Assembly: GCA_964016885.1 (NCBI GenBank)
Contig: OZ024740.1
Location: 103,850,001 to 103,914,000, forward strand
Length of the DNA stretch: 64,000 nt
Reading direction: 5' to 3'
Origin: Eledone cirrhosa
Lineage: Eukaryota
How positions within the stretch are numbered: the first letter of the stretch is position 1; each line of letters starts with the position of its first letter. A program made the position numbers and the translations under genes. Shown piece by piece: positions 28,066-42,466 of this stretch. The notes beneath the pieces were generated by a model, which was given only the letters and a program-made list of their open reading frames with translations, was not told the DNA's origin and searched no databases.

Positions 28066-29977
28066 TAAAAGGTTGATAGTATATATTTAAATGGAATCCA
28101 TGTGTATAAAAGGGAGATATATAGAGAATCTGAAGGAGAATCCAGTGTGCATGTGTGTGTGTCTGTAAGGTTAATGAAGAAATGTATGTGTGTCTTTTGT
28201 CATTCTGTCAAGTGCAGGCTGCAGTGTATACAAACACACTTAAGAAACAAGACTACTCTTCACTGATTTCAGGCAAATATTTCCATATACTTAAACAAAA
28301 TGCAAGCTTTTAGTAAAATGTTTAAAATCTTACTAATATTTGACCACACTAGATTAGTGTTGGTCAGTTGTATTGGAAACTATTTTACTAAGATACATGC
28401 ATCACATGGCTACAGGAAATACTAGAATAAAGGTCTACAACTAACAGCCATTACATTATAATAACAAGACTAAGATATTTCAGAAACACTAACAATATTG
28501 CAATTATTTTAAATTCATGAAAGGTTTGAATTTTCAAAATGTTGGCTAATTATTTCAATTGATCTTAACTCTCTCAAATTCTAAACATTTGAGTATGATA
28601 ATAACGATTATTATATATCACTAATCAGTCTATTTATTGTATTATGAAGAAAAAAGCAAGTTATATATGTATTAGAGTAGTAATTATCTGGCAAGTATGG
28701 AAGTGTCATTTTAGTCATTTAAAAAAAAAAAAAAAAAATTATTTCACTTTACAATTGAAGAATAAGCCTAAAAATCCTGCTTGTCTCATAGTAAGCAGTA
28801 GCTCATGCAACAATTATCAGTTTAATTAGATGACCTCGGTGCTGTGAACATCAATGGTTTCGCAGATGATTGACTTAATTTGACAATGGGTTGACACGAC
28901 TGCTCCAGTTAGTGAAGACATCTCCAAGTATGCAGGTGTGGCAAGCCACATATATTCTAGCCATTAGATAAAGCAAAATGAATGCTTCACCTTTGAAAGA
29001 GGGATGACTTAAGAAGAAGAAGAATTTCTTTCTTGGTGATCACATTTTCATCACCCAGGTTATGACCTAGTCAGTGACAGCTGACAGTAGGTATGTAGTT
29101 GTTGTTGGACTGTGTCAGTGACCAATGAACATTTTGACACCAAGTAAAGACCGGTAAATATAAAGAAGTTAAAAGTTTTTGTGTATTTTTGAATGGCTAA
29201 AATGATCCTCCCACAAAGTTAAGCAAGATATAGTTGTTTTTGAATTAATTTTGTTGTGGAATTAATAACACCTCTCGTAGTCTGATGAGTGAAAAACTAA
29301 TAACTAAGTTAGAATAAGTCTAAAAATGTGCGTGACACTTACATAGCCACACAGTAATGTATGTGATCAGATGTAAGATGAGGTGATCAGTTAGCTGTTT
29401 TTGATACTGTAATGGCTGATACAAATCTAGGAGGAGCTAATATGGGTGGTTATTGCACATGTCTGGTTGATGGTAATGTGAAGTGAACAGCAATCTTACC
29501 TGCTCAGAATGATTCAAGGGGAGCCAGCAGGGGAGAAAGTAATGAGATGGCCCTTACAAGCCAATCCAAGTATTATCATGCGTTGCATAATAGGAAAAGA
29601 GGATATTCTGAATTTGTGAAGTTTGTATGATATATTAGAAGGCAACTGGAGAATAAATCAGTATCTAAAATCATTTCTATAGCTTTATTTAAGATTATAT
29701 AAGAGATGACCTTGTTTTCTCTACTATAAATCAATATTATGTAATATATGCTGTAGATATATACAACATAAATATATACATTCATGTGTATGCATGAGAA
29801 TATACATATTTATAGACACACACACATACACACACATATATATATACACACACATACATACAGCATACATATATATATTCATGTGAATGCATGAGCATAT
29901 ACATATTCACACAATACAAAATATAATACATACAAACACGCACACACATGTATATAGACACATATATACATCAAATA

Positions 29978-30611
29978 CTAGCAGTTGACGGTGTGCTGAA
30001 TATGTAGGAAAAGGTATCTTTTTGTGAAACTAAAATTACTTAACTTATATAGTTTTTATGATGTTGCTTATATGCACATCGATTAACACATGCACACTTC
30101 AGCCTTGGTAACACACAAAGATGCACATACACTGGCTCACAATAACCTACGTACACACACATTATATATATATATATATATCACATATACAAAGAAAGAC
30201 TTTGATGCATATATATGAATTCAAAAAAATCTAAGTACTCATATTTACACACACACATTTACATACCTGTACCACAAAGAAAGTTGCAACTATACACATA
30301 ATCATGTATAAACACCTATTGTATACATATGAATTTGTACACACATTCACATAAAAATCCATAACGAATATATACAAATATATATATATATATATGCATT
30401 AGAGATAGGGAGAGAGGATACAGATTTGAAAGAGGATACAGAGAAAAGACTGTGAACAGAGAGAACTAGTGCAATGCACAGAGAAAAAGAGAGAGTTGAA
30501 GAGGGAGATATAAAGAGAAATAGAAACAGACAGAGACAGATTGAAGAAAGGTGACTTCTGTTATAGGAGAAAAAACATCTTAGTTTTGTTATTTTGTTGT
30601 TTTAGAATAGA
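29978..30611 (-). mobile_element. Possible non-autonomous Helitron
   Basis: Minus strand A|TCTATTCT...CTAG|T termini with internal microsatellites; 3' hairpin not clear. Confidence 0.35.
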
Positions 30612-30891
30612 TATTTTACACCTCTTCAAATATCCCGCTCCCAGTCCTTTAGATTTTCAGGCTTTTTCCATCAACTTATAATTTGCCCTTTTTACTCCAG
30701 AGGTGACTGTAAGTCAAGATCATTTTATTCGTGGATTATTTTAGGTTGGATCTGGATCTTTGTGCCAAATATTCTGAAGTTTTGTCGAGAAAAACTTCAA
30801 AATGATTTGTTTTATAGAGAATGTATCCATTATTGTAGTCACATTGTGAGCATCTGCACACACACACACACATATATGAGTGTGTGTGTAC

Positions 30892-30924
<33 letters not shown>

Positions 30925-31537
30925 TATGTATATGTAAGCACCCACTCCATCCTGTAAGATGATCGCGTTGGTGACATGATGAAAAAAACACCAAGTCCAC
31001 ACTAGAACGTGCTTGGCATTAGGAAGCCCAATTACAGACCTCAACTGAATTTGAACTCAGAGCACAGTGATCCAGAACATATACCAAAGTATTTAATCTG
31101 ATGACCTAATGCCACTATCAATTTGCTGCTTATAATGACCTTAGTGTAAGTCTTAAAATGACCCAGCACATATATTTCTAAAATGCAGGGATCATGTTTG
31201 AAGAAATGTCAACTCTGTCAACATTACATAATCAGCAAAGGACTTTGTGATCTAATTACAGCAAATTGAAATCAAATCACTGGAGATGATCTTAATATTC
31301 AATATGTTGGTAAAAAGAGAGTATTACGGTTATTACATTAAAGTATTAATGAGTTGAGGGTGGGATTTGAACCTTACTGGGTTCACACATTTTTATTCTC
31401 TCTCACAATATAATGCACCCAGACCATGCTGTAAAGTGGTTGGTGTTAGGAAGGGCATTCAATTAGAAAAACCCTGTAAAAAATTATGGAAAGTACAGTC
31501 CAATCTGTGCAAGCATGGAGAAGCAGACATAAAATGA

Positions 31538-31569
<32 letters not shown>

Positions 31570-32037
31570 ATGAGTGTGAGAGAGAGAGAGAGAGAGATCC
31601 TTCATCAGTTTCAATGACTAGAATTCAATTGTCTGAAGAAAAGGACATCCAGCTCTTGAATTAATGTGTAAATGCTTGTAGTCCATAGACACATGCAGCC
31701 TAAATATACTGAATCAAAGTGATATAAAATGGGACATGGCTGGACTTTCGAATTATATGTACAATCTATCCAACAGGCTTCTTGATACAATATGAATGCA
31801 TGTACATACATACACACCCACACAAACATATATATGTATTGGAACTAGTTGATATCATTGCGGCATGAAATGCAACACAAGTTGATTTATCTGAGGTTGG
31901 CCAATCAACACACTATGGTATACAAAATGTCTTTGTTATATCAAAGTGGCAACATCTAATTTGATTCTGAATGAGTTGGGAACAAAATGCATAGACAACA
32001 TATAGAATTTGAACAGAAAATAAAAACAAATACCCAG

Positions 32038-32102
<65 letters not shown>

Positions 32103-33051
32103 TATCATCTTTAGTTACACTTTTTTTGCAAGTGATTTGACGTGAATTATGTGTTGAAAGTAAAACAATTGTAGCAAGGAAGTGAAGCTGGTAAGAATAT
32201 ATGTCTACTAAACAGTAAAATAACTGCGATGATTTGGCAAGATGCAGGTCATAAAGATAAAAGATATACAACTAATTGAGTTAATTTTCTAATCATCTGA
32301 ACAGAACAGCACTAAATTTCAACAAAGAGTAGTCATGATATAGCCAAGAAATGAACTGGTTTTCAGGAAAGCATGAGTTGAAATAACAGACCAAATATAA
32401 CTAGTTGTGTACAAGATAATAGAGAAATGAACACAAAAGAGTGAAATATTCAGCTACATTGATTTCTTAGTAGACTCCCTCCAGTAAACATAGAAGTTAT
32501 AAACAATGTTGATGTAAAGAAAAAAAAAGAAACGATGAGAGAAAGAGAGAGGTGGAGGAGAAAGAAACAGGAATTATATAAGATAATTGTAAGTCTTTAC
32601 TATCATTAGCCAATCAACTTTCAGGAGTTTAAAGAGATGGACAAGAAAAAAATGTAGCAATAAAGCAAGTATAATATAATAAAAGCAATTTGATGACTGA
32701 AAAGAGCAGATGGTGATCAAGAAGGAAATAAGACTGAAAGAAAGAAAGAGAACATTTGATATAAGCAACAATAATAAAAAGAAAAATTGATCTTTCATAA
32801 AAGACTGAGACCAGAAGAGAACAGTGAATAACAAAATAATCAAATAAATATATTTTCCCTCAACACGGTTTTCCACCTACTTCTTTATATTAGCATGGCT
32901 AAAACGATTTTAACAAACCTCAATATTTCTTCATATATCATACAGTGAAACCCTTTTTAAACCTGGGTGTGTGGCATCTTTACAACTACTATTGCTGCCC
33001 AGTTTCAGGCCAGCCCTGAATATCAGATCTATAGTTAACACATTCTAGCTA

Positions 33052-33128
33052 TAGGGTGCGACAGAAAAACCTCCCATATTTTACATGGTGACTGTGAAAA
33101 ATATGGGAGAGTTTTCTGCTGCACCCTG
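33052..33128. mobile_element. Tiny palindromic Tc1/mariner-type MITE
   Basis: TA-(C/T)AGGGTGC..CAGAAAA.CCTCCCATATTTT / AAAATATGGGAGAGTTTTCTGCTGCACCCTG-TA. Confidence 0.65.
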
Positions 33129-34699
33129 TATAATGATCCCATCTTTTATTCAAATATAGTGTAAGTCAGACTACATTATTTTAAATGCCCTGTATGTTGT
33201 TGTATAACCTCAGGTTAACCCTTTCCAACGGTGATCATTCTGATTTTTGTTTAAATCTGATGTATCTAAGACTACATTATTTTACAGTTAAATTACCATA
33301 TTTTCAATGAATGGCATTGCCTATGATTTTAAAATGATTTTGAAAACAAGCAAAAATTAGAAGAACTTTACAACATCCTCATTACTAATCTGGTGCTTTG
33401 AGCATAACTTAAAGATTATTACATAAATATAATTGTTTCTACTTTTGGCACAAGGCCAGCAATTATCCCAGTGTATTACTGGTACTTTATTTTATCGACC
33501 CCGTAAAAATGAAAAGCAAAGTTAACCTCAGCGGGATGTGAACTCAGACCATAAAGGGCCATAACTCTTGGCTGCAAAGCATGGCATCTGACCCTCTACC
33601 TATACTGCCAATCTGAAGCTACAAAACTACCTGAAACTGTCCTTGGTTCTATAATACAAAATTGTTTGTTTTAATGTGTTAATATTATTTATCTAAATAC
33701 CTTCCATTATATTATTACATAAAGGGCGGTGGATTGGCAGTCTGAGTTCAAATCCCGTCGAGGTTAACTTTGCCTTTCATTCTTACGGGGTCGATAAAAT
33801 AAAGTACCAGTAATGCACTGAGTAATTGCTGGCCTTGTGCCAAAAGTACAAACAATTATATTACATAAATATAATGGCAGGTATTATGATAAATATTAAC
33901 ACATTGAAACAAACAATTTTGTATTATAGAACCAAAGACAGTTTCAGGTAGTTTTGTAGTTTCAGATGGGTGAATGAGGCTTTTGCTTTTTTGATTTGAG
34001 TGACATTTGACATACTATTTTTGACAGCTAGAATAGCTATGTAGAAGCTCTTTTGTTAGTTTGATTACCTACTATTAAATAGGTGAGAAGATATTGTATA
34101 GATATTCTAGATATCATACAGATATATTGCATAGATATTTTATAAATTTCATAAATTACAAGATCCCATGAGGTTAGTGATCAGGTCTAGGGTTATTACA
34201 GCAATAAATAGTCAAAATAAAAATCTTGTGCAGAATAGATTGCTATTTAATCATTGATAATGTACTGAGAATCATGCGCTACATATTCCTTTCTGTCAGC
34301 TAAGTTAACTTGAGGAATGGAGAATTAGTTGGTCTACTCAGAAACAAAATAATAATAAAAAAAACAAAAAAACTACACTCACAATAGAATCAAAATTCCA
34401 TACCCACCCAGTAATTTTGCATTCATAATTTTGAAATAAGGATGCCATATGTATCCGATTTACAAAAGATACACCATATCTCAATGTTTTATAAGAGGCA
34501 ACTAAAAGAGTTGGATTTAGGAATAATACCTCAAAAAGAACTTTATGAAAAGTTTAACATATCAATAGGGTACAGCTTGAAGTATCTTGTGGAGATCCCC
34601 ATCCACTTTTAACAAAACTTAAGATGTGTGACAAGACTGTCTGGAAGGTGTGCATGGTGCTGGTGTCTTGATTTATGTAGTATTTGTAGACAATGTGGT

Positions 34700-35460
34700 T
34701 AATGTGACTACACTGAGTAAATGGTTGATGATTGGAAAGTTCTTGGTGAGTATCATCTTAGGATATGTCCAACAGGCAGGCCAGTGTTGAAGAGAAAGTT
34801 AAGATAAGTTTTAGTGTGCGATAGAGAAGATAATTGAAAACATGAAAGATAGGTTATAGTGATAGGAGGGAATTCAAATGGACATGTAGGAAGGAGTATG
34901 GGTTGTTTTGAGAGAACCCCTAGAAGTATGGTGTGAGGGTGAAAAGAATTTTTGGTTTGCTGAGATTCTAATCTATAACATCTGACTCTAGAAAACAACA
35001 AACTCATTTCGTATGTACTGAGCAGGTCATCATCAACTGTTGACAATCTGACGGTAGACTCTGAGCGAATTAAGGAAAGGTGGAAGAGATATATGGAGAG
35101 ATTGTTAAATGTGGAGAATAAATGGGATGGCTTCATAGGGATCAATCCAGTTCTCAAACTGGCAAAGGAAATAGCTGGGTAAGAAGTAGAGGAAGAATTG
35201 AGAAATATGAAGAGTGGAAAGACAGGAAGGTCAACAGGAGTTGTGAGAGATATGTTAAAAGCAGAAGAAAGTTGGGGTGTGAAAAAGATGACAGAGATAT
35301 GTAGGTTGGTGGTGAAAGAAGACCATATTCCAGTGGATTGAGTATTCTGTATAACAGGATAGGTGGTCCTCTTGTCTGTGGCTCATATAGAGCAATTAAG
35401 CTATTGGAATATGGAATTAAGGTATTGGAAAGAGTGTTAAAGAAGAGAATAAGGAAAAAG
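34700..35460 (+). mobile_element. Old degenerate RTE-like LINE fragment
   Basis: Remnants ERWKRYMERLLNVENKWD and YRAIKLLEYGIKVLERVL. Confidence 0.6.
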
Positions 35461-35553
35461 TGAATACATATATGTATCAAATGTAAGTGTACAATCCAAT
35501 CAAGAATTAGAGATTAGATGTGAGAATTATAAGCCAGTATGTATGTATGTATG

Positions 35554-35584
<31 letters not shown>

Positions 35585-35597
35585 ATATACGTGTACA

Positions 35598-35792
35598 TAT
35601 GTACCCCAGGTTCAATCGGAGGTAACCACATCGGAGGTAAGTAAGGTACTCAATACATAGTAGAGTATATACAATATTTAATATAGAAATGGCTTCTACA
35701 GGACTAGACCTGTTTCATTCGAAGGAAATCCTCAAGAAGGCTTTCTTGATGATTTCTTTCGAAAGAAACAGTTCTAGTCATTTCTATATTAA
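35598..35792 (-). mobile_element. Second copy of the fold-back hammerhead element family (degenerate cores TTGAGGA/TTGATGA)
   Basis: GAAACAG.TCTAGTCCTGTAGAAG.CATTTCT...GTATTGAGTACC as in 9537-9735. Confidence 0.6.
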
Positions 35793-35794
35793 AT

Positions 35795-36861
35795 CATCAT
35801 CATCATCATCGTTTAACGTCCATCTTCCATGCTTGCATGGGTTTGGACGGGAATTTTCCCACTTGAGGCAAAATTGGTTGACTTGCTCGCATAGGACTGT
35901 CTGGCGGGTTTTCTACGGCTGGATGCCCTTCCTAACACCAACCACGTTTACATTGTGGACTGGGAGGTTTTTACCGTGTTACCTACACGGCCACATTACA
36001 GTGTGGACTGTGTGTTTTTTTTTTGTCGTGACACCTACACAACCTCATTTGTTTCGGGCTGGATGTTGTGGTACCAACATAACTTTACATTGAAAGGGGT
36101 GGTGTGGATGGGGTGGGGGTAGTGGGACGGGGTGGGGGTAGTGGGACGGGGGTGTATTTTTGTTAGAGGTGCCTACTGACTGTAGGTTTCGCTTTGTACT
36201 TAGGCAAGGCAGGTCTTCTGTATTACTGTGTAGCGCCAAAGATCTTGGTCCAGTGACATTGTCTTAGAGAGGTGTAAGTGTGTGAGGTCGGAATTTATCA
36301 AGTCGTCCCAGGTTTTTCTGGGTCTGCCTACTCCGTGGCTACCGTCTATTTTTATTGCCCTGCACTTTTTTATACAGCTGTCGTCTTTCATGCGCATCAC
36401 GTGACCGTACCAACGTAGTCTTCTCTTGAGTAAACAACATCTGATCCCTCTTATTCCTAATTTCTCCCTTAGTTCGTTTATGCTTTGCCGTTCACGTATA
36501 TTACTATTACATATCCAGCGGAGCATGCAAGCTTCGTTCCTCTCCAGTCTGCGTATATCCTCTGCACACAATGCCCAGGTCTCACTGCCATGTAACATTG
36601 CTGTTCGTATGCAGGCATCATACAGCCTGCCTTTCATTTTTAGAGAGAACCCTTTAGCGGCCAATAGTGGTATAAGCTCTCTGAACTTTTTCCATCCCGT
36701 TCTGACTCTAGCTACTGTACTTTCAGAGCACCCTCCACCACTGCTGATTTTGTCACCCAGGTAACGGAAGTTGTCCACTATTTCTATAGAACCATCTGTG
36801 CAATGGAATGAGCTAGTATTCTGTGGGCACTTGCTGCTACTTATTGCACTAGATCACCGGC

Positions 36862-36866
<5 letters not shown>
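35795..36866 (-). mobile_element. 5'-truncated RTE-clade LINE with 3' tail
   Basis: ORF 36200-36778 FRYLGD...[13 protein letters not shown]...GRPRKTW; (ATG)n tail. Confidence 0.92.
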
Positions 36867-36892
<26 letters not shown>

Positions 36893-38209
36893 ACACGACA
36901 TAAGCACTCAGTCTACCCTGTAAGTTGGTATGGCTGGTGCCACAAAATAAGATCCCAGGACATACTGTAAGGCAGTTGGCATTAGAAAGGGCATCCAGTC
37001 AAAGGAAACCAAGCAATATGTGGTCACCTAATCTTATAACGTGACAGCCTCTCTAACCCATGCTGGCATGAAAAATAGATGTTAAACGGTGGTGTGTGTG
37101 CACGCACATGCGTGTGTGTGTTTGTAAGTACTCCTTTATTTATTTGAAGTTGAATCAGTCAAATGTATACTCAATTATATACAGTTTCTCTCTCTCTCTC
37201 TCTTTCATATACATATATATGTTATTTGAAAAAAGTGGAGACTTTATAGAGTGTAGTCAACAGGACACTTGAGCTTAAAGGTTAACAGCTGATAAGTTTC
37301 ATAATACATGTATAGAGCCAGCCAAAGTTAGTGTGTTCATATATAAACGTTAACAATAATAGTGGATAGTAGTGGCTTGAATTTCTGTCGTTTTGCACGC
37401 AAGCTTTGGGTGACATTTAAAACCAACAAAGTCTGAATTGTTTGTACAACACAAGCTTGTCATAAGAATATTCATTCTGAAATGCTGAAATAATTCTGAT
37501 GAATGACAAATAATTCTATGTTCATTGCCGTGGAATAGAAAGTAAACCCTCAATTTTAATTTCTGATTATAGCTATTCATAATAATGATAGCTATTCATA
37601 ATAATAATAATGATGATGATAATAATTCTTTGTTGGTTATGTCTCTGAGAAATGCAAGAATGGCACAGAAATCCTTTTTTTGATCTCCTGTAAGTGTCAT
37701 GTAGAACCAAAAGAAAACTATATAAAAATATGATACACAACATGTGTTTTAAGCAGGGGTTAACCTTGTGGGTCTCATGACAAGCCCTATACCCATTATT
37801 GTGGTGGTATGATTTCCGCTTAAGTCAACTGTTGAAATAAAGGCCCCATTCCTCCCTATGTACTACAGGTACTTACTCTATTGATCCCCAAAAGGAGGAA
37901 AGGCAAAGTTAACTCTGTCAGCATTTAAAATCATAACAGAGAGGGATGAGAAAGAATTTTCTAAGGCACTTTATATTGTACACTACTATTCTTGCTAATT
38001 TCACCACCTCTGCCTTTGTCACACAAGGCTATCAATTTGGTAAAATTGATTGAATCAATCCCATTACTTAAATGATACTTTAATTTATCTGCCCTGGTGG
38101 TATTTGAATTCAGAATATAAAAAGACATAATTACTACCACAATACATTTTGTTATTCTGATAAATATTGACAAATAACAACAACAGTAATATTACTGATC
38201 CCTCCTTAA

Positions 38210-38418
38210 CCCTTTAGCATTTACATTATATTTACAATTGTATTTTAACAGTAAAGGCTTTATCTCACATAATATTGAATCTACGAGATTTTGATGATGT
38301 TAGAATTTATTATGAGAACAATACTTTATCATAGGTATGAGTGGTCAGTTACGGCCAGTTTGAACAGAAAGAGGTGGGAGAATTCTGGCTGGACACAGCT
38401 GGTCTAAATGCTAAAGGG
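38210..38418. mobile_element. piggyBac-type MITE
   Basis: TTAA-CCCTTTAGCATTTA ... TAAATGCTAAAGGG-TTAA; partial copy at 5941-6090. Confidence 0.8.
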
Positions 38419-40989
38419 TTAAGTATAAAACCCAAAATTTGTAAGTGAAATGGAAACGGGAGATGAGAATATTCATATATTTCCAAACAGAATTAGCTTC
38501 AAATATGAATTAAATGCAGCACCATGAACTTGGATTTCTGAATAGAAGGTGTTACAAGTTAACAAAGGAGCCTCTTTATAGCTACTCGACTTTCTAGAAA
38601 GAGCACAAATCTCCCTAAAATCACACATAGTTTTAATGACATGAAGAATACATTAGAAAATGTAGTCCTCATACTATATCTTGAAAAAAAAAAAAAAGAT
38701 GGCCACAAACTTTAATCATTGGTTTATTTAATTAGAGCTGGCCTGGAGCTAAACAACAACTTAATTTTCTGATAAACATACAATTATACTCGACTGAATT
38801 TTTATGGAGAAACCCAATGAAACCCTTGGCATAACTATATTTCTAATTGTAAAGGTGGTTACACCCAATAAAAAAACTGAAACATTATTATAAACCCTTT
38901 TGTTACCATATTTCAACTGAACAACATTGCCTCTAATTTTTAAATAATTATGAAAATAATCAACATTATTAAGCTAGTGTTTACAGTATAACTTGTAACT
39001 TCTTACGTAAAATTATGAGGGAAGGTTTTTAGATAAATATAAACACTTGAAAGACCTGGGGCAGTTTCAGGTGGTTTGGTATCCAAGTAATTAAAGTTAC
39101 TGAATTATGTCTATAGTCAAGCAAGACACATAACTAGACTATCTGCACTTTGTCTAACAGTAGATAATGTACTACTTTACAATTGAGTAGTTTGCATTAA
39201 AATTGAGAGACAACTTCTAAAAAGGTGTCCACTAATAGCCAGATACACAAATGTAAGGAAAATGGATATAAACTTTATTGATAATTCTTGTGAATGCTGA
39301 CATAGCTGAGTAAAGCAGTTTGCTTTGCAGCCATGCAATATTGGGCAATTATTCTTACAATAGTCTCAAGTCAAATTAGGTAGACAGAAACTGTGTGGAA
39401 GTCCATCAGATTGATTGTGTTTGTAATTCAAATATCTAGCCATATCAGATATTGTCATGTTGATTTAGCCAGAGAATTACAAGTCTGTAGAAATCATTTA
39501 CATGAAAATTTAACAAGAAGGTAGTTCAGTTTATCAAACAACTGAATATTCATCATCAAAAATCTGATAGAGAATCTATCACACAATCAGCAGCTGAGAC
39601 AAAATATGTGGAATTGTTGGACATTTGGTCATCAGTTGAAACTTTTCAAAGTATTGTTCCTCTGAACAAAGCACATCATTTTGCATGACTCAGCAGGTTG
39701 CACTTCCTACTTCATGGTCAGAGGGTAAGCACAGGTAAAGGCAGGCAGATGTAGATACACTATCTCCAAAAATAATCCCCACCCCACCAATGTTAATAGT
39801 GAAATATGACTGTAAAACAAAAAGAAAGAAAATGATAAAACCTATTATGTTTAACATTCAAGAAGTTTTAGTGATTGTATACAAATTCTTCTTGGTGCAC
39901 AAGGAAAACATTTTGATGTCTGTGAAGTGCAGAGTTAAGTTAATCACACAATGGGGTGACTATATTAAGGATCAATTTTTATGCAATGGTTTCCAACATT
40001 TTGAGTAATGTGAGCAACATTTTCTTCAGCATACAATTAATGTGAGCAACAATAAAATAAAAATCCTTTAACTCATAACACCCTGTATCACGTGAAACCA
40101 CACAAACAAGACATTCTTGAAAAGTACAAAATAGCACTATGATTGCATCTCATTAAAAATTGAAGTCTATTCTAATACTCAACTTTTCATAATTTGTTCA
40201 CTAGTAAAGGTAGTATAAACATTTGAATAAACAAACTCATGGTTTGTTTTATTTTTATATATTTACTGTTAAATCATTACAGGATGTTAAGAGTTAACAA
40301 TGTTGACAAAGTATAATCTAGTTTTAAAGGTAACATAAAAATGACCTCAACTGAAACATATTGCCTATAAAACTCAAACTGTGGAGAAACCTGGTTTAGA
40401 AATTTAAGGTCTTGATGCATCACACTTAAAAAAAAAAAAAAAAATCTAACAGCAGTGATAGTAAGCATTATGCATGTGAAAATAAGATTGTTGTTGTTGT
40501 CATTGCTGTTTGGAGGATTGGAGAGTAAAGTTAATCTGAACACAAGGAAAATGAGCGAACAAAAACCTAAGTGGCAATAGCAGTAATGTGAATGAGCAGT
40601 GGGTGTAATCTAGTTGCCCACTGGTGTATGTGTGGCCAGATACTCTTACCACAAAGCACCAATAGACACGAGATCTTTCTTCTTCCGTGGACTTCTAGGA
40701 AATAAAACATGTATAAAGCTATAAAACACTGCTCTTGGTCAGTGTGGCAACAAAGTAATGTTATAGAGAATAGCTGATAAAGTATTGCTGATAGATATAA
40801 AAAGTGGGTGTGTCTGTATGGGTGAAAATGTCAACTTGACATCATTTGATAAAAACTAAATAATTTATATATATATATCATTTATATATATACATCACTA
40901 AATAATTTTTATATATATATATCATTTGATAAAAACTAAATCTATTTATATTAACAAGCAAGCACACACACAATATATATATATATATA

Positions 40990-41459
40990 TGAAAGACGTA
41001 AAATAAGAAAATTATAAAAATTAACTTACTAAAATTTCACTCCAACTAATTATCTCCAAATTATTTTGCTGAGCAAAAATTTGCCAAAACTGCTACTATA
41101 GTTCATAGTAATAGTTCGGCTACTGTCTTCTTAACACCCCACTCCTCACTGATCAACCTCGATGTCACGTGATTGATTCTTTTGAATTTGCCACCGACCA
41201 AGTAGGCAGTGATTTTTTCAACGTCTTGGAATTTAGTCCACGCTTGCTTTTTTCCATCCACTGAATTATTTTTGTATAAGTTCCCTGTGTCCACGCATCA
41301 CCTGGGAACTTAGCTGAGAATAGACTTCCTGATGACGAAAGGCTTTCTCCATGGGTTCCATTCGGAAACCATGTTTATTCCCTTTCAGAAACTAATTAGT
41401 TGGAGTGAAATTTTAGTAAGTAAGTTAATTTTTATAATTTTCTTATTTTACGTCTTTCA
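40990..41459 (+). mobile_element. Small (TA)n-inserted element with ~60 bp inverted termini and a hammerhead (PLE-type)
   Basis: 40990-41052 is the reverse complement of 41393-41459; hammerhead at 41324-41406. Confidence 0.75.
41324..41406 (+). ncRNA. Type I hammerhead ribozyme with extended stem II
   Basis: ACTTC-CTGATGA-C-GAAAGG/CCTTTC-A-GAAA-palindromic ACTAATTAGT-T-GGAGT; GUU triplet. Confidence 0.78.
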
Positions 41460-41574
41460 TATAATTGTTCTGCATCCCCTTGCATTGAACCACAAAGTTA
41501 CTAAGACAAAATCTATATATTTGCTAGCATAGGTATGCATCTGTATATATATGTTAGTAGATATACTAATCCTT

Positions 41575-41605
<31 letters not shown>

Positions 41606-42466
41606 ATATATTCAAGGTGTGCTACTTCTAACACACTAACTATTTCTATCTATGTCATTTTCTACCAAATATATATAGACCATATTATCTACTGTTATTG
41701 AAACATCTAATATCTATTTTAGAAAACTATGTTCAAGTTCAGAGTATGTTCGGCGTATCTTTTTTATGTTTAGCATCATGTCTCAACAGTCAGTGGGAGT
41801 ATGTGTAAACACACACATTATCATTATTAAGTCCAGTACTAAGGCTGTACATAGTACACACACAGATATATGTATATACACATTATACACACACACACAT
41901 ATATATACACACACATATATATACACACACATATATATATATACACACACGCATATATATATACACACACAAACACACACATATATATATATATACATAT
42001 ATGTATACACACTCACATATATATATATATATATATACACAGTAAATGGGTAAAGAGTAACGTGGATCAGTGGTACAATAGGATTTATTCAAAGATCAGT
42101 ATTCTGAAGATTTGGCTGGGTATTAACTGTAATTAAATTCGAGTGACGTAACATCTTACGAGCAGTGATTTTTAGACACCGGACTAATGAAACAATTGTT
42201 AATACTTTGAATAAACCCCATTGTACAGCCGTTTGCTATTATTACTCCAATCGCTTACCTAGGAACTGTCTTGAATTGGCCACCCGACTAAGGAAACAAA
42301 CTACTTGTTGAGTCGAACAACGCCGAAAGTTATAACTATCCTTGATATAGAGTACTCATGACCTCTACTTGGATTACCTTAAACGATATTCGTTAACTTA
42401 TATATATATATTTATAGACACACACAAACACACATATATATATATATACACACACAGACACATATA

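Noticed and set aside
29281-29300. CTGATGAGTGAAAA motif
   Set aside because: No stems I, II or III around it; chance match.
42280-42345. Half hammerhead GAAA-GTTATAAC-TA-TCCTT with upstream AAGGA
   Set aside because: No CUGANGA-like core adjacent to stem I; at best a decayed copy.
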